NCBI GenBank assembly: GCA_963663385.2
Contig: CAXXXD010000001.1
Coordinates: 192,001 to 256,000, forward strand
Source: Oceanispirochaeta sp.
GTDB taxonomy: Bacteria; Spirochaetota; Spirochaetia; DSM-2461
Direction: 5' to 3'
Length of the DNA stretch: 64,000 nt
Positions 49,037-59,511 of this stretch are shown here, one piece after another. The notes beneath the pieces were generated by a model that did not search any database, was not told the origin of the DNA, and was given only the letters and a program-made list of their open reading frames with translations. A program made the position numbers and the translations under genes. Positions within the stretch are counted from its first letter, which is position 1, and every line of letters starts with the position of its first letter.

Positions 49037-50764
49037 TTATTTCACACACAGATCCACAAACTGAAACTTCATAACATCAAAAAGCCCCTCATCGGTCAGC
49101 TTCAGTTCGGGAATCACCGGCAGGGCCATAAAAGCCAGCGTCATAAACGGATCCAGATCCGGATTGACCCCCAGTTTATCCAGGGCTATTCCCAAAAGGT
49201 TGCTCAGGGCATCTCTTACTCTTTCCGCCGGCTGATCAGACATGATTCCCGCAATAGGCAGTTCAAGTTCACCCAGAACCTTTCCTCCGGAAACGATGCA
49301 GATCCCTCCTCCCAGTTCTCCCAGAGTATTGACAGCCAGAGCCATATCCCCGTCATTGTCCCCGATCACAATCAGATTATGAGAATCATGAGCAATTGAG
49401 GATGCAATCGCCCCCCCCTTCAAACGGTAATTTTCGACAAGTCCCAACCCAATATTGCTATTACCGCTATGCCGTTCAATAACGGCCATTTTCAAAATAT
49501 CCAGATCGGGATGAATTCTGAAATTCCCATTATTGTCCCGATCCACTTTACGGACGGCACTTTCTGTCACAAGAGAGTGGGGCATTATACGGATGGCCCG
49601 TATTACGTCCCCCTCAAGGGGCATAATAAAATCCTCTTCCAGAATTTTCCGGATGTGTACTGTTCCCCGTACCTTTTCACCGGGAATAGTCCGCACAGGA
49701 TCCAGGGGCTTTTCATCCCGGGCGACAAGACGGCCTCTCTTGTAGACTGCCTTAACCCTGAATTTCTCAAGATCCTCCAGTATGACAATATCCGCTTCAT
49801 AACCGGGAGCCAGAGCGCCCTTGTTTTTCAGCCCATAGCATTCACAGGCATTTATGGTTGCCATCTGAACAGCCCAGACCGGATTGATCCCCATGGAAAC
49901 AGCCTTCCTGATACTGTAATTTATATGCCCGTCTTTCAGAATATCTTCGGGCTGTTTATCGTCTGTACAAAAAGCAATTCGTCTCATGTTCACGGCATTG
50001 ACACCACTGATGAGCCCCGCCAGATTCCGGGCGGCTGACCCCTCACGGATTAAAACATACATCCCCCTCCGTAAACGGGCTTTCATCTCTTCAGGAGTGG
50101 AACACTCATGATCTGTTCGAACCCCGGCTCCCACATAGGCATTCAGATCCTTCCTCTCGACCATGGGGGAGTGGCCGTCAACGACTTTGTTTCGGTCAAG
50201 CGCCAGGCGAAGTTTATCCAGGACAGAATCCTCACCTCCGATAAGAGCGGGGTAGTTCATCATCTCGCCCAACCCCAGAATCCTTTCTTCGTCTATCAAT
50301 TGAGCCAGATCTTCCGCTTCCAGTTTGGCTCCGGAGTTTTCAAAGGGGGTAGCCGGAACACAGGAGGGAAGCATAAAATGGCAGTCCAGAGGCAGATCCC
50401 GGGAAGCCTCCAGCATGTAGCGGATACCGTCCAGCCCGCAGACATTGGCAATCTCATGAGGGTCGGCAATCACTGTTGTCGTGCCCCGGGGAACTACAAG
50501 GGAAGAGAAATTTTCAGGGGTTGTAAGGGAAGATTCAATATGGACATGGGCATCCACAAATCCCGGTGCCAGATAGGCCCCGTTCAGATCAATCTCCTTT
50601 TCGCCTTCATAGGCGCCGTAACCCAGGATTTGACCGTCCTTGACCGCCAGGCTGTTTTCCTGGATCTCACCTGTAAACACATTGATGATTTTTCCATTCC
50701 TGAAAACAATATCCGCTTTTTTGCGTCCCGCCGCAGCATCGATATAACTCTTTAAATCCATCAA
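49037..50764 (-). CDS. ade: Adenine deaminase
   Basis: DAHVHIESS, DPHEIANV, SCVPAT, DHEC, REGSAA, AHDSHN. Confidence 0.97.
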   Translation of the reverse strand: MMDLKSYIDAAAGRKKADIVFRNGKIINVFTGEIQENSLAVKDGQILGYGAYEGEKEIDLNGAYLAPGFVDAHVHIESSLTTPENFSSLVVPRGTTTVIADPHEIANVCGLDGIRYMLEASRDLPLDCHFMLPSCVPATPFENSGAKLEAEDLAQLIDEERILGLGEMMNYPALIGGEDSVLDKLRLALDRNKVVDGHSPMVERKDLNAYVGAGVRTDHECSTPEEMKARLRRGMYVLIREGSAARNLAGLISGVNAVNMRRIAFCTDDKQPEDILKDGHINYSIRKAVSMGINPVWAVQMATINACECYGLKNKGALAPGYEADIVILEDLEKFRVKAVYKRGRLVARDEKPLDPVRTIPGEKVRGTVHIRKILEEDFIMPLEGDVIRAIRIMPHSLVTESAVRKVDRDNNGNFRIHPDLDILKMAVIERHSGNSNIGLGLVENYRLKGGAIASSIAHDSHNLIVIGDNDGDMALAVNTLGELGGGICIVSGGKVLGELELPIAGIMSDQPAERVRDALSNLLGIALDKLGVNPDLDPFMTLAFMALPVIPELKLTDEGLFDVMKFQFVDLCVK

Positions 50765-50823
50765 GTCCCCCTTTTCTTTGAATATACCATATCCTGGCAG
50801 GGATTCACTCTTTTTTTAACAAT

Positions 50824-50845
50824 TGATTGCCTGATCAGTCAATCA
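50824..50845. promoter_or_regulatory. 22-bp operator palindrome between ade and the purine permease
   Basis: TGATTG-c-CTGATCAG-t-CAATCA overlapping TTGCCT(50827)-18-TATAAT(50851). Confidence 0.75.
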
Positions 50846-50886
50846 GGATCTATAATGATATCTATCAAAAAAATAAAGGAGACTCT

Positions 50887-52170
50887 ATGGAGAAGTTTTT
50901 CAAACTCAAGGAACACGGCACAGATGTAAAAACTGAAGTTATTGCCGGTATTACAACATTCCTGACAATGGCCTATATTCTGATCGTCAATCCACTGATT
51001 CTGAGCGAAACAGGAATGGATTTCGGCGCCGTATTTACAGCTACTGCTCTTGCCTCATTAATTGCCACCCTGGTTATGGCTCTTGTGGCCAACCTTCCTT
51101 TTGCTCTTGCGCCTGGTATGGGACTTAATGCATTTTTTGCCTATGCTGTTTGTCTTGGAATGGGTTATTCCTGGGAATTCGCTCTTACAGCCGTACTCCT
51201 GGAAGGTATTATTTTTATAATTCTTACCTTCCTCAATATCCGGGAAGCCATAATTGACTGTATTCCCCAGAATATCAAAAAAGCCATTTCTGTCGGTATC
51301 GGTCTCTTTATTGCCTTTATCGGTCTGCAGAATGCGCAGGTAATCGTTAATAATGATGCTACCCTGGTCGGACTGGGAAGTATTACAAACCCTGCCGCCT
51401 TTCTGGCCCTTATCGGACTGATAATCACAGGAATCCTCCTGGCATTCAGAGTGAAAGGCGCCCTGCTGATCGGAATTCTGGCCTCCACTGTTATCGGATT
51501 TCCCCTTGGCCTGACCAAGCCGCCATCCGGATCATGGGCACCCCCCTCCCTGTCTCCCATCCTTTTTAAATTTGATTTTTCACATATCCTGAGCATCGAT
51601 ATGATAATTGTTCTGTTTACATTTCTGATGGTTGATATGTTTGATACGGTTGGAACCCTCATTGGAGTATCTACAAAAGCCGGTCTTCTCGACAAGGACG
51701 GAAAACTTCCCAAGGTAAAACAGGCCCTTCTTGCCGATGCAATCGGAACAACTGTAGGCGCCTGTCTGGGTACCAGTACCGTAACAACTTATGTTGAAAG
51801 CGCATCCGGTGTGGAAGAAGGTGGTAAAACCGGTTTAACAGCCCTGACAACCGCAGGTATGTTCTTCCTGGCGCTGTTCCTCTCTCCCCTCTTTATCATG
51901 ATCCCGGGCGCGGCAACGGCTCCGGCGCTTATCCTGGTAGGTCTTTTTATGATGAGCCCCATCAAGGATATAAATCTTGATGATATCACCGAAGCCCTTC
52001 CCGCTTTCCTGACAATTATCATGATGCCCCTGGCATACAGTATCTCGGAAGGTATCGTATTTGGTATCCTTTCCTATATCTTCATGAAGCTTTGTACCGG
52101 TAAAGCAAAAGACGTTCCTGTTCTGACTTATATTATCGGAGCAGTCTTTGTATTGAAGTTCCTTGTCTGA
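50887..52170 (+). CDS. NCS2/AzgA-type adenine-guanine permease
   Basis: AGITTFLTMAYI, APGMGLNAFF, MFDTVGT, YVESASG. Confidence 0.95.
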   Translation: MEKFFKLKEHGTDVKTEVIAGITTFLTMAYILIVNPLILSETGMDFGAVFTATALASLIATLVMALVANLPFALAPGMGLNAFFAYAVCLGMGYSWEFALTAVLLEGIIFIILTFLNIREAIIDCIPQNIKKAISVGIGLFIAFIGLQNAQVIVNNDATLVGLGSITNPAAFLALIGLIITGILLAFRVKGALLIGILASTVIGFPLGLTKPPSGSWAPPSLSPILFKFDFSHILSIDMIIVLFTFLMVDMFDTVGTLIGVSTKAGLLDKDGKLPKVKQALLADAIGTTVGACLGTSTVTTYVESASGVEEGGKTGLTALTTAGMFFLALFLSPLFIMIPGAATAPALILVGLFMMSPIKDINLDDITEALPAFLTIIMMPLAYSISEGIVFGILSYIFMKLCTGKAKDVPVLTYIIGAVFVLKFLV

Positions 52171-52220
52171 TATAATCTATTAAAATACAGGGATTGGGGT
52201 AAGTTCCGATCCTTTATCCG

Positions 52221-52314
52221 AACCCTCACCCGGCCCTCTCCCTTTGGGAGAGGGTTATGTCATCAGTAAATATTTCCCCGTCGCCCTCTGGGAGAAGGGT
52301 TAGGGAAGAGGGTC
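52221..52314. repeat. Inverted pair of CCCTCACCC..CCCTCTCCC-GGGAGAGGG repeats
   Basis: ACCCTCACCCGGCCCTCTCCCTTTGGGAGAGGG plus the degenerate inverted copy CGCCCTCTGGGAGAAGGGTTAGGGAAGAGGGT. Confidence 0.75.
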
Positions 52315-52355
52315 TTGAATAGGAGATTATCCTCTTTCTTAACTGGAGTAATACA

Positions 52356-53060
52356 ATGCCCCTGCCATACGATGCCCTGCTGTTTGATGCCGACGGGACC
52401 CTGCTGGACTTTAAAAAATCCGAAGAGAACGCTCTGGAGAATACCAGAAACCATATGAAATGCGATATCTCTCCCGACAGGTTCCGTAGAATCTATCACA
52501 GCGTCAATGACCGGATCTGGCTCGAACTGGAGCAGGGGAAAATAAAGGGAGAGGAACTGAAAACAGAAAGGTTCAGACGTTTTCTCTCTGAACTGAATTC
52601 TCCCCTTGATCCCGAGGAAACAGCCCTGTACTACCTGAAGAATCTGGGGGAGGAATCCCATTTCCTGGAGGGAGCAGATACCCTTCTTGCGGCTCTGGCG
52701 CCCCACTATTCCATGGGAATCATTACAAACGGGCTAACCATGGTTCAGGAAGCACGCTTTAACCGCAGAGAGTTTACTGTATTTAAAAGTATTGTTATTT
52801 CGGAGAAAGCCGGAGCAGCCAAACCCGATCCCCGGATATTCCGGATAGCGGCGGATGATCTGGGAATAGAGCTGAGTAAAAAGGTTCTGATTATTGGCGA
52901 CAGTCTGACATCGGATATTTCCGGGGGGATAAATGCAGGGATCAGCACCTGCTGGTACAACCCGGGCGGGTGGGAGAATCAGTCCCCCTGGAAGGCGGAT
53001 CTGGAAGTGCGGGATTTCAGAGAACTGACAGCCCTGCTCCTTGCCGATTCAGGATTTTAA
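52356..53060 (+). CDS. YjjG-family HAD nucleotidase
   Basis: FDADGTLLDF, ITNG, KPDPRIF, IGDSLTSDI.GG. Confidence 0.9.
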   Translation: MPLPYDALLFDADGTLLDFKKSEENALENTRNHMKCDISPDRFRRIYHSVNDRIWLELEQGKIKGEELKTERFRRFLSELNSPLDPEETALYYLKNLGEESHFLEGADTLLAALAPHYSMGIITNGLTMVQEARFNRREFTVFKSIVISEKAGAAKPDPRIFRIAADDLGIELSKKVLIIGDSLTSDISGGINAGISTCWYNPGGWENQSPWKADLEVRDFRELTALLLADSGF

Positions 53061-53642
53061 ACTGTCCAGGTAGGAACAGGTAACTTTCACGGCAGCCTCC
53101 GGATCGAATGTTTCAATCAAGGCAATCTGAAAGGCAAAAGCCTGAAGCATGTTGAAGAGCTGGGAAGCAATCTCCTTCGGCTCCATTTCATGAAATTCTC
53201 CCGACATCACCCCTTTTCTCAGGATACGGGAAAGCAGGAAGGTAAGCCCCACTGTTCTTTTCTGAATTTCCCTGGAATAGTCCAGACCCTGCCGTTTCAT
53301 CTGAAAAAGGAAATCAGCCAGGCAGTAGTAGAAATTCTTCTTTCTGTATGAGATTTGGATTATATCGGTGCAGATCTGCTTCAGCTTATCCAGCTGAGAA
53401 AGGGATTCATCATCAAACAGATCCTTGTAGTCGCTGAACATACTGTGAGTCATCTCTTTTACAGCATAATAAAAAATCTCCTCTTTATCCTTGAAATACA
53501 GATAAAGGGTCGGTCTGGATATGCCACATCTGTCGGCGATATAGGAGAGATTCGTATCCTGATATCCCTTTTGTGCAAAAATAACAAAGGCTCTCTTGAG
53601 AATCTCCTGCTTTCTTTTTTCGTGATCAATAATTTTGGGCAT
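53049..53642 (-). CDS. TetR/AcrR-family regulator
   Basis: IADRCGISRPTLYLYFKDKEEI. Confidence 0.92.
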   Translation of the reverse strand: MPKIIDHEKRKQEILKRAFVIFAQKGYQDTNLSYIADRCGISRPTLYLYFKDKEEIFYYAVKEMTHSMFSDYKDLFDDESLSQLDKLKQICTDIIQISYRKKNFYYCLADFLFQMKRQGLDYSREIQKRTVGLTFLLSRILRKGVMSGEFHEMEPKEIASQLFNMLQAFAFQIALIETFDPEAAVKVTCSYLDSLKS

Positions 53643-53691
53643 AGTGACTCCATTATACTCGAGTAACCTTTGATTACCAGCATGAATTCAA

Positions 53692-53724
53692 TAAAAAAAG
53701 GCTGTCCTGAACAGGAGCAGCCTT
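53692..53724 (-). terminator. Terminator of the fab cluster
   Basis: Minus strand AAGGCTGCTCCTG-TT-CAGGACAGCCTTTTTTT. Confidence 0.75.
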
Positions 53725-53797
53725 AATGCGATTCTCAAAGGCACTGCCAAACAACGTAAGGCAGATACTTGTGTCAATTAACAACTGCTAAACAGGA

Positions 53798-54988
53798 TTA
53801 CTCCTGATTTAAATTTGCTGAAAGATCCACCTCCTTATCATAATCTATTCCATCTATTGCGAAACCGTGCAGTTTTAAATAATCCACACGGAAGCCCTCA
53901 ATATCCGAAAGTTCGGATACATTTTCAGAATTAACCTTATCCCAGAGATCGGAAACAGCGCGTTGAACATCCTCCCGCATCTCCCAGTCATCCACACGGA
54001 TCCGGCCTTTTTCATCTACAGGAACATCTCCGTCTCTGTAAAGACGGTCGGAAAACAGGCGGTACATCTGTTCGATGCAACCTTCGTGGATTCCCTTCTC
54101 TTTCATAATTTTAAACAGCAGTGCTATATACAGGGGAACAACAGGTATTACAGCGCTGGATCTGGTTACCAGAGCCTTATTAACAGAAACAAAAGCCCGA
54201 CCATTCAGATCTTTCAATATACTGTTCAGGGAATCAGCGCTATTTTCCAGGTGCTCTTTGGCTTTCCCGATTGTACCTTCCCGATAAACCGGGTAAGTAA
54301 CCTGAGGCCCGATATAGGAGTAGGCAACGGTTTTGCAGCTCTCCTCCAGAACGTCCGCCTCTTTGAGCTGACTTATCCAGCGAATCCAGTCCTCACCGCC
54401 CATAACCTTGACAGTCGGTTCGATTTCACTCTTATCAGCCTGCTCGATCGTCACCTCACTGACCGTCTTTTCCATGTAATCAGCGGAGAGTGCTGTAAAA
54501 GGTTCATTCAGTGGCTTTAATACGGATTTGTACAGAATCCCCGTATCGGGATCCTTTCTGACAGGGGAAGCCAGACTGTATACGACAAGATCAACCTTCC
54601 CCCAGTTATCCCGGATCCATTCGATGACCTGCTGCTTGATCTCATCAGCGAAGGCATCTCCGTCAATTGTATGGGATTTAATTCCATCCCTGGCTGAGCA
54701 GCGGTCAAAAGCCCTGTTATTATACCAGCCGGGGGTTCCCGTTCTTTTGGCAGACTGGGGCTTTTCAAATGAAACACCAAGGGTTTCCGCACCGCCGGCA
54801 AAAGCAGCGGAGATACGTGAGGCCAGACCGAATCCAGTTGAACATCCCACCACCAGGACCCTTTTGGGCATAGTGATTCTACCCTGAGATTTAACCCAGT
54901 CTATCTGGTGTTCAACCTCTTTTTCACACCCCTCGGGATGGGTGGTTAAACAGATGTTATTAATTATTTTCGGCGTAATTACCATCAT
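53798..54988 (-). CDS. fabV: Enoyl-ACP reductase FabV / trans-2-enoyl-CoA reductase
   Basis: HPEGC, GCSTGFGLASRI, GDAF, YSLASP, VMGGEDW, YREGTIGKAK. TAATG coupling to fabZ. Confidence 0.95.
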   Translation of the reverse strand: MMVITPKIINNICLTTHPEGCEKEVEHQIDWVKSQGRITMPKRVLVVGCSTGFGLASRISAAFAGGAETLGVSFEKPQSAKRTGTPGWYNNRAFDRCSARDGIKSHTIDGDAFADEIKQQVIEWIRDNWGKVDLVVYSLASPVRKDPDTGILYKSVLKPLNEPFTALSADYMEKTVSEVTIEQADKSEIEPTVKVMGGEDWIRWISQLKEADVLEESCKTVAYSYIGPQVTYPVYREGTIGKAKEHLENSADSLNSILKDLNGRAFVSVNKALVTRSSAVIPVVPLYIALLFKIMKEKGIHEGCIEQMYRLFSDRLYRDGDVPVDEKGRIRVDDWEMREDVQRAVSDLWDKVNSENVSELSDIEGFRVDYLKLHGFAIDGIDYDKEVDLSANLNQE

Positions 54989-55410
54989 TAAGCCTCTTTT
55001 TTCATGATGCACATCCAGGAAGCTTCGGCAGCCATCTCGTCACCGACATAAGCCGTTCCTTTCTGCTTGATCATCATACCGCTGATCCGTTCATTAACGA
55101 TTTCGAACCGGACCTCATCACCGGGAACCACCTGACGACGGAATTTGGCTTTCTCAATGGAAGCGAGAAAAAACAGGCCTTCGCTGTCGTTCTTGAATTT
55201 CTTCAATCCGGCTCCACCGCACTGAGCCATGGATTCCACCAGGATGACACCGGGAACAACAGGATAACCGGGGAAATGCCCCTTAAAGAAAAAATCATCA
55301 TCCGTATACTTACGGTATCCTACACAACCTTCTTCTCCAACCTTTTCCAGACGGTCTACAAAAAGAAAGGGTTCTCTATGGGGTAAAAGTGATTTAATTT
55401 CATCTAACAT
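54988..55410 (-). CDS. fabZ: 3-hydroxyacyl-ACP dehydratase
   Basis: LPHREPFLFVD, FFKGHFPGYPVVPGVILVESMAQ. Confidence 0.95.
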   Translation of the reverse strand: MLDEIKSLLPHREPFLFVDRLEKVGEEGCVGYRKYTDDDFFFKGHFPGYPVVPGVILVESMAQCGGAGLKKFKNDSEGLFFLASIEKAKFRRQVVPGDEVRFEIVNERISGMMIKQKGTAYVGDEMAAEASWMCIMKKEA

Positions 55411-55412
55411 AA

Positions 55413-56654
55413 TCAGTCCTCGTATTTTTTAAAGATTATGGAGGCATTGTGACCTCCGAATCCGAGAGAGTCGCTCAGAACGGCCCGAACGTCCATCTCA
55501 CAGCTGCTGTTGGGCAGATAATCCAGATCACATCCCTCTTCGGGATTCTCCAGGTTCAGAGTACCGGGGATATAACCGTTATTGATTGCCAGAACAGCTA
55601 CTATAGCTTCCACCGCACCGGCGCCTCCGACCATATGGGCTGTAACACCCTTTGTAGAGGAAACCTTAAGCTTGTAGGCGTGGTCCCCGAAGGCTCTCTT
55701 GATGGCCTTTGTCTCAATCGGATCATTGGTGGGTGTGGATGTCCCGTGAGCATTGATATAGTCAATATCTTCCGGTTTCAGACCTGCATCGGCCAGGGCC
55801 GCGGTCATGGAGGCGGCTCCGCCGATTCCATCGGGATCCGGAGCTGTCAGGTGACCGGCATCACAGGTCGAACCGTATCCGGCCAGTTCCGCATAAATAG
55901 TAGCGCCCCGCTTTTTGGCATGTTCCAGTTCTTCAAGAACCAGAATTCCTGCGCCTTCTCCCATAATGAATCCATCCCTTTCCCTGTCGAAAGGACGGCA
56001 GGCTTTTTCGGGATTATCGTTGCTTTTTGTGGAAAGAGCCTGGATCTTGCAGAATCCTCCGATGGAGAAGGGTGTGATAGCGGCTTCCATACCGCCGGAA
56101 AATACAACATCACAGCGACCGCTGCGGATAAGATCCAATGACTGACCGATAGCATCGGTGGCACTGGCACAGGCCGTAGCAATTGTTGTTGAAGGTCCGT
56201 GAAGGCCCAGCTTTATGGAAACATTGGCCGATCCCTCATTGGTGATCATCTTGGGGATAGTCATAGGTGCAATGGCTGTGGGTCCCTTGTCGAAGAGCCT
56301 TTTCATATTCTCCTCTACAACCTCGAATCCGCCGATACCGTTCCCCAGACAAACACCGGTTTTATAAGGATCAAAAGTCCCCTCTTCCAGTCCCGCATTT
56401 TTTGAGGCCTGAACCGCCGCAGCTACCGCAAACAGGGTAAAGCGGGCCATCTTTCTGGCTTCCTTTTTATCGATATACTGGGTGGAATCAAAGTCCGTAA
56501 CCTCTCCGGCTACCTTGGAAGCAAATCCCTCGGTATCAAACAAGGTAATGGGTCCGATTCCGGTTCTTCCCTCTTTCAGGGAAGTCCAGAATTCGTCCAC
56601 GCTGTGCCCCGCTGGATTCACGGTTCCCATACCCGTAACAACTACTCTTCTCAT
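55413..56654 (-). CDS. fabF: Beta-ketoacyl-ACP synthase II
   Basis: TACAS, INAHGTST, STKG..AH, SLGFGGHN. Confidence 0.96.
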   Translation of the reverse strand: MRRVVVTGMGTVNPAGHSVDEFWTSLKEGRTGIGPITLFDTEGFASKVAGEVTDFDSTQYIDKKEARKMARFTLFAVAAAVQASKNAGLEEGTFDPYKTGVCLGNGIGGFEVVEENMKRLFDKGPTAIAPMTIPKMITNEGSANVSIKLGLHGPSTTIATACASATDAIGQSLDLIRSGRCDVVFSGGMEAAITPFSIGGFCKIQALSTKSNDNPEKACRPFDRERDGFIMGEGAGILVLEELEHAKKRGATIYAELAGYGSTCDAGHLTAPDPDGIGGAASMTAALADAGLKPEDIDYINAHGTSTPTNDPIETKAIKRAFGDHAYKLKVSSTKGVTAHMVGGAGAVEAIVAVLAINNGYIPGTLNLENPEEGCDLDYLPNSSCEMDVRAVLSDSLGFGGHNASIIFKKYED

Positions 56655-56790
56655 ATCAGTAAACTCTCCTTGACAGAGTCTTATTCTAATTCATCATACA
56701 GCCGCCATTCAAATAACGGCTTTTGTCCCCCCTTATATCCAACGGATAGAAGGAGGTTTCTTTGCAATTACGGTCCGGAGACCGTGAATA

Positions 56791-57534
56791 TTACATTACC
56801 ATACCACCGCAGACGTTAAGCACCTGCCCGGTAATATATGCAGCCTTGTCGGAAGCCAGGAAGAGAACCGCTTCGGCTATATCCCTTACGCTTCCCATGC
56901 GTCCCAGGGGGATTGCCTTCCTGTACTCCTCCAGAACCTTTTCAGGGAGTTTGGCAGTCATATCGGTTTCAATAAAACCGGGAGCAATAGCGTTTACACG
57001 AACACCCCTTCCGCCTACCTCCTTGGCCAGGCTCTTTGTCAGCCCAATCAGGCCGGCCTTGGAAGCAGAGTAGTTACACTGCCCCGCATTACCCATAACG
57101 CCAACAACACTGGCCATATTGATGATGGCGCCCTTTCTTTTACGGATCATCTGGGAAGAGACGATCTTGGAAAGGATGAAAGCACTTGTCAGATTAACAG
57201 TCATTACCGACTCCCACTGTTCCATGGTCATCCGGAAAATCAGTCCGTCCCTGGTAATACCGGCATTATTAACCAGTACATCCAGACCTTCTTTAGCAAG
57301 AGGCTCAACGAGAGCTGTCATCTCCTCCTCGCTGGTTACATTACCCTGAAGGAAACTAACGCTTCCTCCCTTTTCGGCAGCCAGGGCTTCCATTTCTTCC
57401 ATGAAGGGGCTGGGGTTGAGGTCGATGGAATGGACATCCGCGCCCTGCTCCAAAAATGTTTCTACTATTTCTTTACCAATTCCCCGGGCTCCGCCGGTTA
57501 CCAATACTTTCTTGCCTTTCATCATAATATTCAT
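56791..57534 (-). CDS. fabG: 3-oxoacyl-ACP reductase
   Basis: TGGARGIG, NNAGITRD, YSASK, PGFIETDMT. Confidence 0.95.
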   Translation of the reverse strand: MNIMMKGKKVLVTGGARGIGKEIVETFLEQGADVHSIDLNPSPFMEEMEALAAEKGGSVSFLQGNVTSEEEMTALVEPLAKEGLDVLVNNAGITRDGLIFRMTMEQWESVMTVNLTSAFILSKIVSSQMIRKRKGAIINMASVVGVMGNAGQCNYSASKAGLIGLTKSLAKEVGGRGVRVNAIAPGFIETDMTAKLPEKVLEEYRKAIPLGRMGSVRDIAEAVLFLASDKAAYITGQVLNVCGGMVM

Positions 57535-57559
57535 CCTCCTGCAGGCTCATCCAGCCCGA

Positions 57560-58504
57560 TTATTTACCTAAAAAATTATTGATTCCGTCCAGAGTACCGC
57601 AGGCAAATACATTCTGCTCCATCCCGGACTTCTTCCACAGACCGGTCAGTACGTTTCCCGGACCGGCTTCCACAACAGTGTCGATACCGGCTGTTCCGAT
57701 ATTCTTTTCAATAACCAGCCACTGGACCGGGCTGACCATCTGTTCGATACAAAGCTCTTTTACTTCTGCTCCTGTGTTTACAATGGAACCGGTAACATTG
57801 GAATAAAAATCTTTCTCCGGATCATTGAAAGTAATCCCTGAAAGGGCTTCTGAGAGCTCTCCCTTACCGCTGGCCAGCAGGGGAGTATGAAAAGGTCCTG
57901 AAACCTTCAGGGGGATAACCCTTTTAGCTCCTGCGTCTTTCAGAGCATCCTGAACAGAAGCAACTCCTTCTTTGGTACCGGAAATAACAACCTGAACAGG
58001 ACTGTTGTTATTGGCAGCAAAGACATCGTCCCGTCCGGCTGCAGCTATAACTTCACTTACCTGTTCAAAATTCAGACCCATTACAGCACCCATTCCGGCT
58101 TCACCCATGGTTTTCACAACCCGGTTCCCCGCACGCGCCATAATGTCACCTCTTTTAACAACAAGGCCGAAGGCATCTTCTGCGCTCAAAATTCCCGTAT
58201 CCACCATGGCGGAATATTCACCGAGGCTTACACCGGCGGCACAGGAAGACAGGATCCCTTCATCCTGCAGACAGGCCCGCACAGAAAGGCTGACCAGGGT
58301 TATGGCAATCTGGGTGTTTTCAGTCGCTTTCAGATCATCTTCCGATCCTTCGAAGAGCAGCTTCGCCATATCCTTTCCGGCTGAATCAGAAGCCATTTTA
58401 AACAGCTCTTTCACACTGCCGGAACGCTCCCACAGATCCTTTCCCATTCCCGGATACTGCGCTCCCTGTCCGGGGAAAAGCATTGCAATTTTTTTATCTA
58501 CCAT
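57560..58504 (-). CDS. fabD: Malonyl-CoA:ACP transacylase
   Basis: FPGQGAQ, GVSLGEY, VSGPFHT, GPGNVL. Confidence 0.95.
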   Translation of the reverse strand: MVDKKIAMLFPGQGAQYPGMGKDLWERSGSVKELFKMASDSAGKDMAKLLFEGSEDDLKATENTQIAITLVSLSVRACLQDEGILSSCAAGVSLGEYSAMVDTGILSAEDAFGLVVKRGDIMARAGNRVVKTMGEAGMGAVMGLNFEQVSEVIAAAGRDDVFAANNNSPVQVVISGTKEGVASVQDALKDAGAKRVIPLKVSGPFHTPLLASGKGELSEALSGITFNDPEKDFYSNVTGSIVNTGAEVKELCIEQMVSPVQWLVIEKNIGTAGIDTVVEAGPGNVLTGLWKKSGMEQNVFACGTLDGINNFLGK

Positions 58505-59505
58505 ATTATATAGTTTCCTCCATAGGTTAATCCGGCGCCGAAACCGACGGTTATAACTTTATCTCCCTTTTTCAGGAGTCCCTGGTTATCCATATCTTTC
58601 ATGGCCAGAGGGATTGTCGCAGCTGAGGTATTACCGTACTGCTGAAGGTTTATAAAGAATTTTTCAATAGGAATGCCGCTCCGTCTGGAAGCAGCCTGAA
58701 TGATTCTGATATTAGCCTGATGGGGGATAATATGATCCAGTTCGTCTTTGGAAATCCCCGCTTTGTCAAGGAGGAGATTAATCGTTTCCACAAGAACCCT
58801 TACGGCAAACTCATAGACCTTTCTGCCGTCCATGGAGATAAACATAGCCGCAGGATTTTCCGTATTTCTCAGCCACTCGGCTGTTACAGGATCTGCGGAT
58901 CCCCCTTTTTCTACCATCAGAGCTTTTTCACCGGATCCAAGAGCTCTAAGGTGACTGAACTGAACACCCCGCTCCTGCTCTGTAGCAGAAAGGACTGCCG
59001 CACCGGCACCGTCGCCAAAGAGCACACAGGTATTTCTGTCACGCCAGTTTACAACGGAAGAGAGAACTTCCGCTCCTACCACCAGAACATGTTCCGTACT
59101 GCCGCTTGCTATAAGGGAACGACCCATTTCAAGGGCATAGGTAAAACCGCTGCAGGCAGCTGACAAATCGTAGGCTCCCGCCTGCTCCAGCCCAAGCGCA
59201 TCCTGGATCAGAGCAGCCGTTGAGGGAAAAGCCTTATAATCAGGGGTTGAAGTGGCCACTATAACCATTCCGATTTTCTGCGGATCAACCCCGGCCTGCC
59301 TGACAGCTTCCCTTGAAGCCTCAATTCCCAGGGATGAACAGGTTTCTCCCTTTCCTGCCAGATAACGGTATTCAATACCTGTGTGGGAACGGATCCATTC
59401 GTCCGAGGTATCAACCCAGCGGGATAAATCATCATTGCTGACATGTTTTGCGGGAAGAGCCCGGCCTACGCCGCTGATCATTCCATTTTTACCTGAGTAT
59501 ATCAT
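58498..59505 (-). CDS. fabH: Beta-ketoacyl-ACP synthase III
   Basis: AACSGF, LFGDGAGA, PHQAN, GNTSAA, GFGAGLT. Confidence 0.96.
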   Translation of the reverse strand: MIYSGKNGMISGVGRALPAKHVSNDDLSRWVDTSDEWIRSHTGIEYRYLAGKGETCSSLGIEASREAVRQAGVDPQKIGMVIVATSTPDYKAFPSTAALIQDALGLEQAGAYDLSAACSGFTYALEMGRSLIASGSTEHVLVVGAEVLSSVVNWRDRNTCVLFGDGAGAAVLSATEQERGVQFSHLRALGSGEKALMVEKGGSADPVTAEWLRNTENPAAMFISMDGRKVYEFAVRVLVETINLLLDKAGISKDELDHIIPHQANIRIIQAASRRSGIPIEKFFINLQQYGNTSAATIPLAMKDMDNQGLLKKGDKVITVGFGAGLTYGGNYIIW

Positions 59506-59511
59506 AGGGTT

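Noticed and set aside
50765..50886. Purine riboswitch upstream of the permease or ade
   Set aside because: The leader is too short after the predicted promoter and lacks the conserved aptamer core.
58215..58240. FabD GVSLG instead of GHSLG
   Set aside because: The catalytic Ser is intact and this position varies among FabD proteins (for example GLSLG). No sign of inactivation.
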